Origin: Eledone cirrhosa
Lineage: Eukaryota
Assembly: GCA_964016885.1 (NCBI GenBank)
Contig: OZ024743.1
Coordinates: 174,406,001 to 174,470,000 of the forward strand
Direction: 5' to 3'
Length of the DNA: 64,000 nucleotides
This document shows, piece by piece, positions 63,296-64,000 of this stretch. A program made the translations under genes and the position numbers. Numbering within the stretch: position 1 is the stretch's first letter; the number at the start of each line of letters is the position of its first letter. Below the pieces are notes generated by a model. The model was not told where the DNA came from. It searched no databases and saw only the letters and a program-made list of their open reading frames with translations.

Positions 63296-64000
63296 GAATG
63301 CTATGGTTGACGGAGGCTCGGCTCTGTAAGGTATTGTAAATTTTGAACACTATAACAATTGTAAATTGTTTAAAACTTTAACGAACTTGTAGACAAAAAC
63401 ACCCTCCTCCTCATGAGAGGGGTCTTTCTGCCCGTTATTTGGCCCTTCGGGGTTAAATAACTGCTTATTGGGGTTTTGTACCCAATATTTATTTTAAACA
63501 AAAAAAAAAACAACATGGCTACGAAAAAGAAATTTCATAGGTCACTCCCACTCATTCCGTCTTCTTCTTCCTCAATCATCACTACAGCAGAGAGAAGAAT
63601 GTCTCTCTCCCTCCCTTCTTTAAATGTGTCTCTCTCCCTCCCTTCTCTTTCGCAAGCGACGAAAGAAAAGAAAAGTCTCGTGCAAAGCGTGCAAAGTTTC
63701 TCCACGACGACGACGACAGCGACGAAACAGGTGTGCGGGAAATACGACAACCCAGTTCATTCGTCTGACGTCAGGAATAATAGCAGTAGCAGCCGTAATA
63801 ACAACAGCAACAGTGACAATGAAAACAACAGTAGCAGCCGCAACAGCATCACCAGCAGCATAAGCAACAACAGCATTAGCAGCAGCAACACCAACAACAA
63901 CCACAGCAACAGCGGCGGAGGCAGTAGTCGTAGTACCTGCAGCAACAACAAAAGTAACAGCAACTCTGACGACAACAACAACAACAGCAGCAAAGAAAAA
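63296..64000 (+). mobile_element. Probable 5' end of a further Tx1-like LINE (5' UTR and ORF1 start), running off the window
   Basis: Begins immediately after (ATT)n. A-rich leader, then ATG at 63515 opens an ORF to the window end (MATKKKFHRSLPLIP..., S/T/N-rich). Same layout as 57385-58000 but a different sequence. Confidence 0.55.

Overview
AT-rich, repeat-dense animal genomic DNA. The SINE and LINE repertoire suggests an octopus or other cephalopod (inference). No prokaryotic operon or CRISPR array is present. (1) 132-6092 (+): the last 8 coding exons of a spliced CUE + Smr-domain (N4BP2/NONU-1-like) gene, reconstructed by hand with consistent splice phases. Its last intron holds a 255-bp 18S rRNA fragment bounded by a 5-bp direct repeat. 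(2) 5.3-12.5 kb: minisatellites and a head-to-tail array of (ATT)n-tailed tRNA-type SINEs. (3) 13-38 kb: a (TA)n/TAAGCA satellite tract packed with insertions. These are hammerhead-ribozyme-like small elements, a decayed Tx1/L1 LINE, a non-autonomous Helitron, a TGT..ACA MITE and three divergent Penelope-like retroelements (PLEs). One PLE is intact (878 aa, pseudo-LTRs) and is fused to a 3'-truncated RTE-type LINE. (4) 38.2-54.3 kb: a 16-kb 20/23-bp satellite array. (5) 54.3-64 kb: a train of retroelements joined at (ATT)n/(TAA)n microsatellites, comprising SINEs, R4/Dong-type RLE LINE pieces, a truncated Tx1-type LINE, a full-length Tx1-type LINE and the start of another. Leading candidates for novelty are (a) a SINE/Tx1-LINE pair sharing the 3' signature CCTTGTG-N8-AGAAA-N2-(ATT)n and apparently targeting ATT repeats, (b) the RTE-Penelope chimera, and (c) several non-canonical hammerhead variants. 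All calls come from reading the sequence by eye, and no database search was run.
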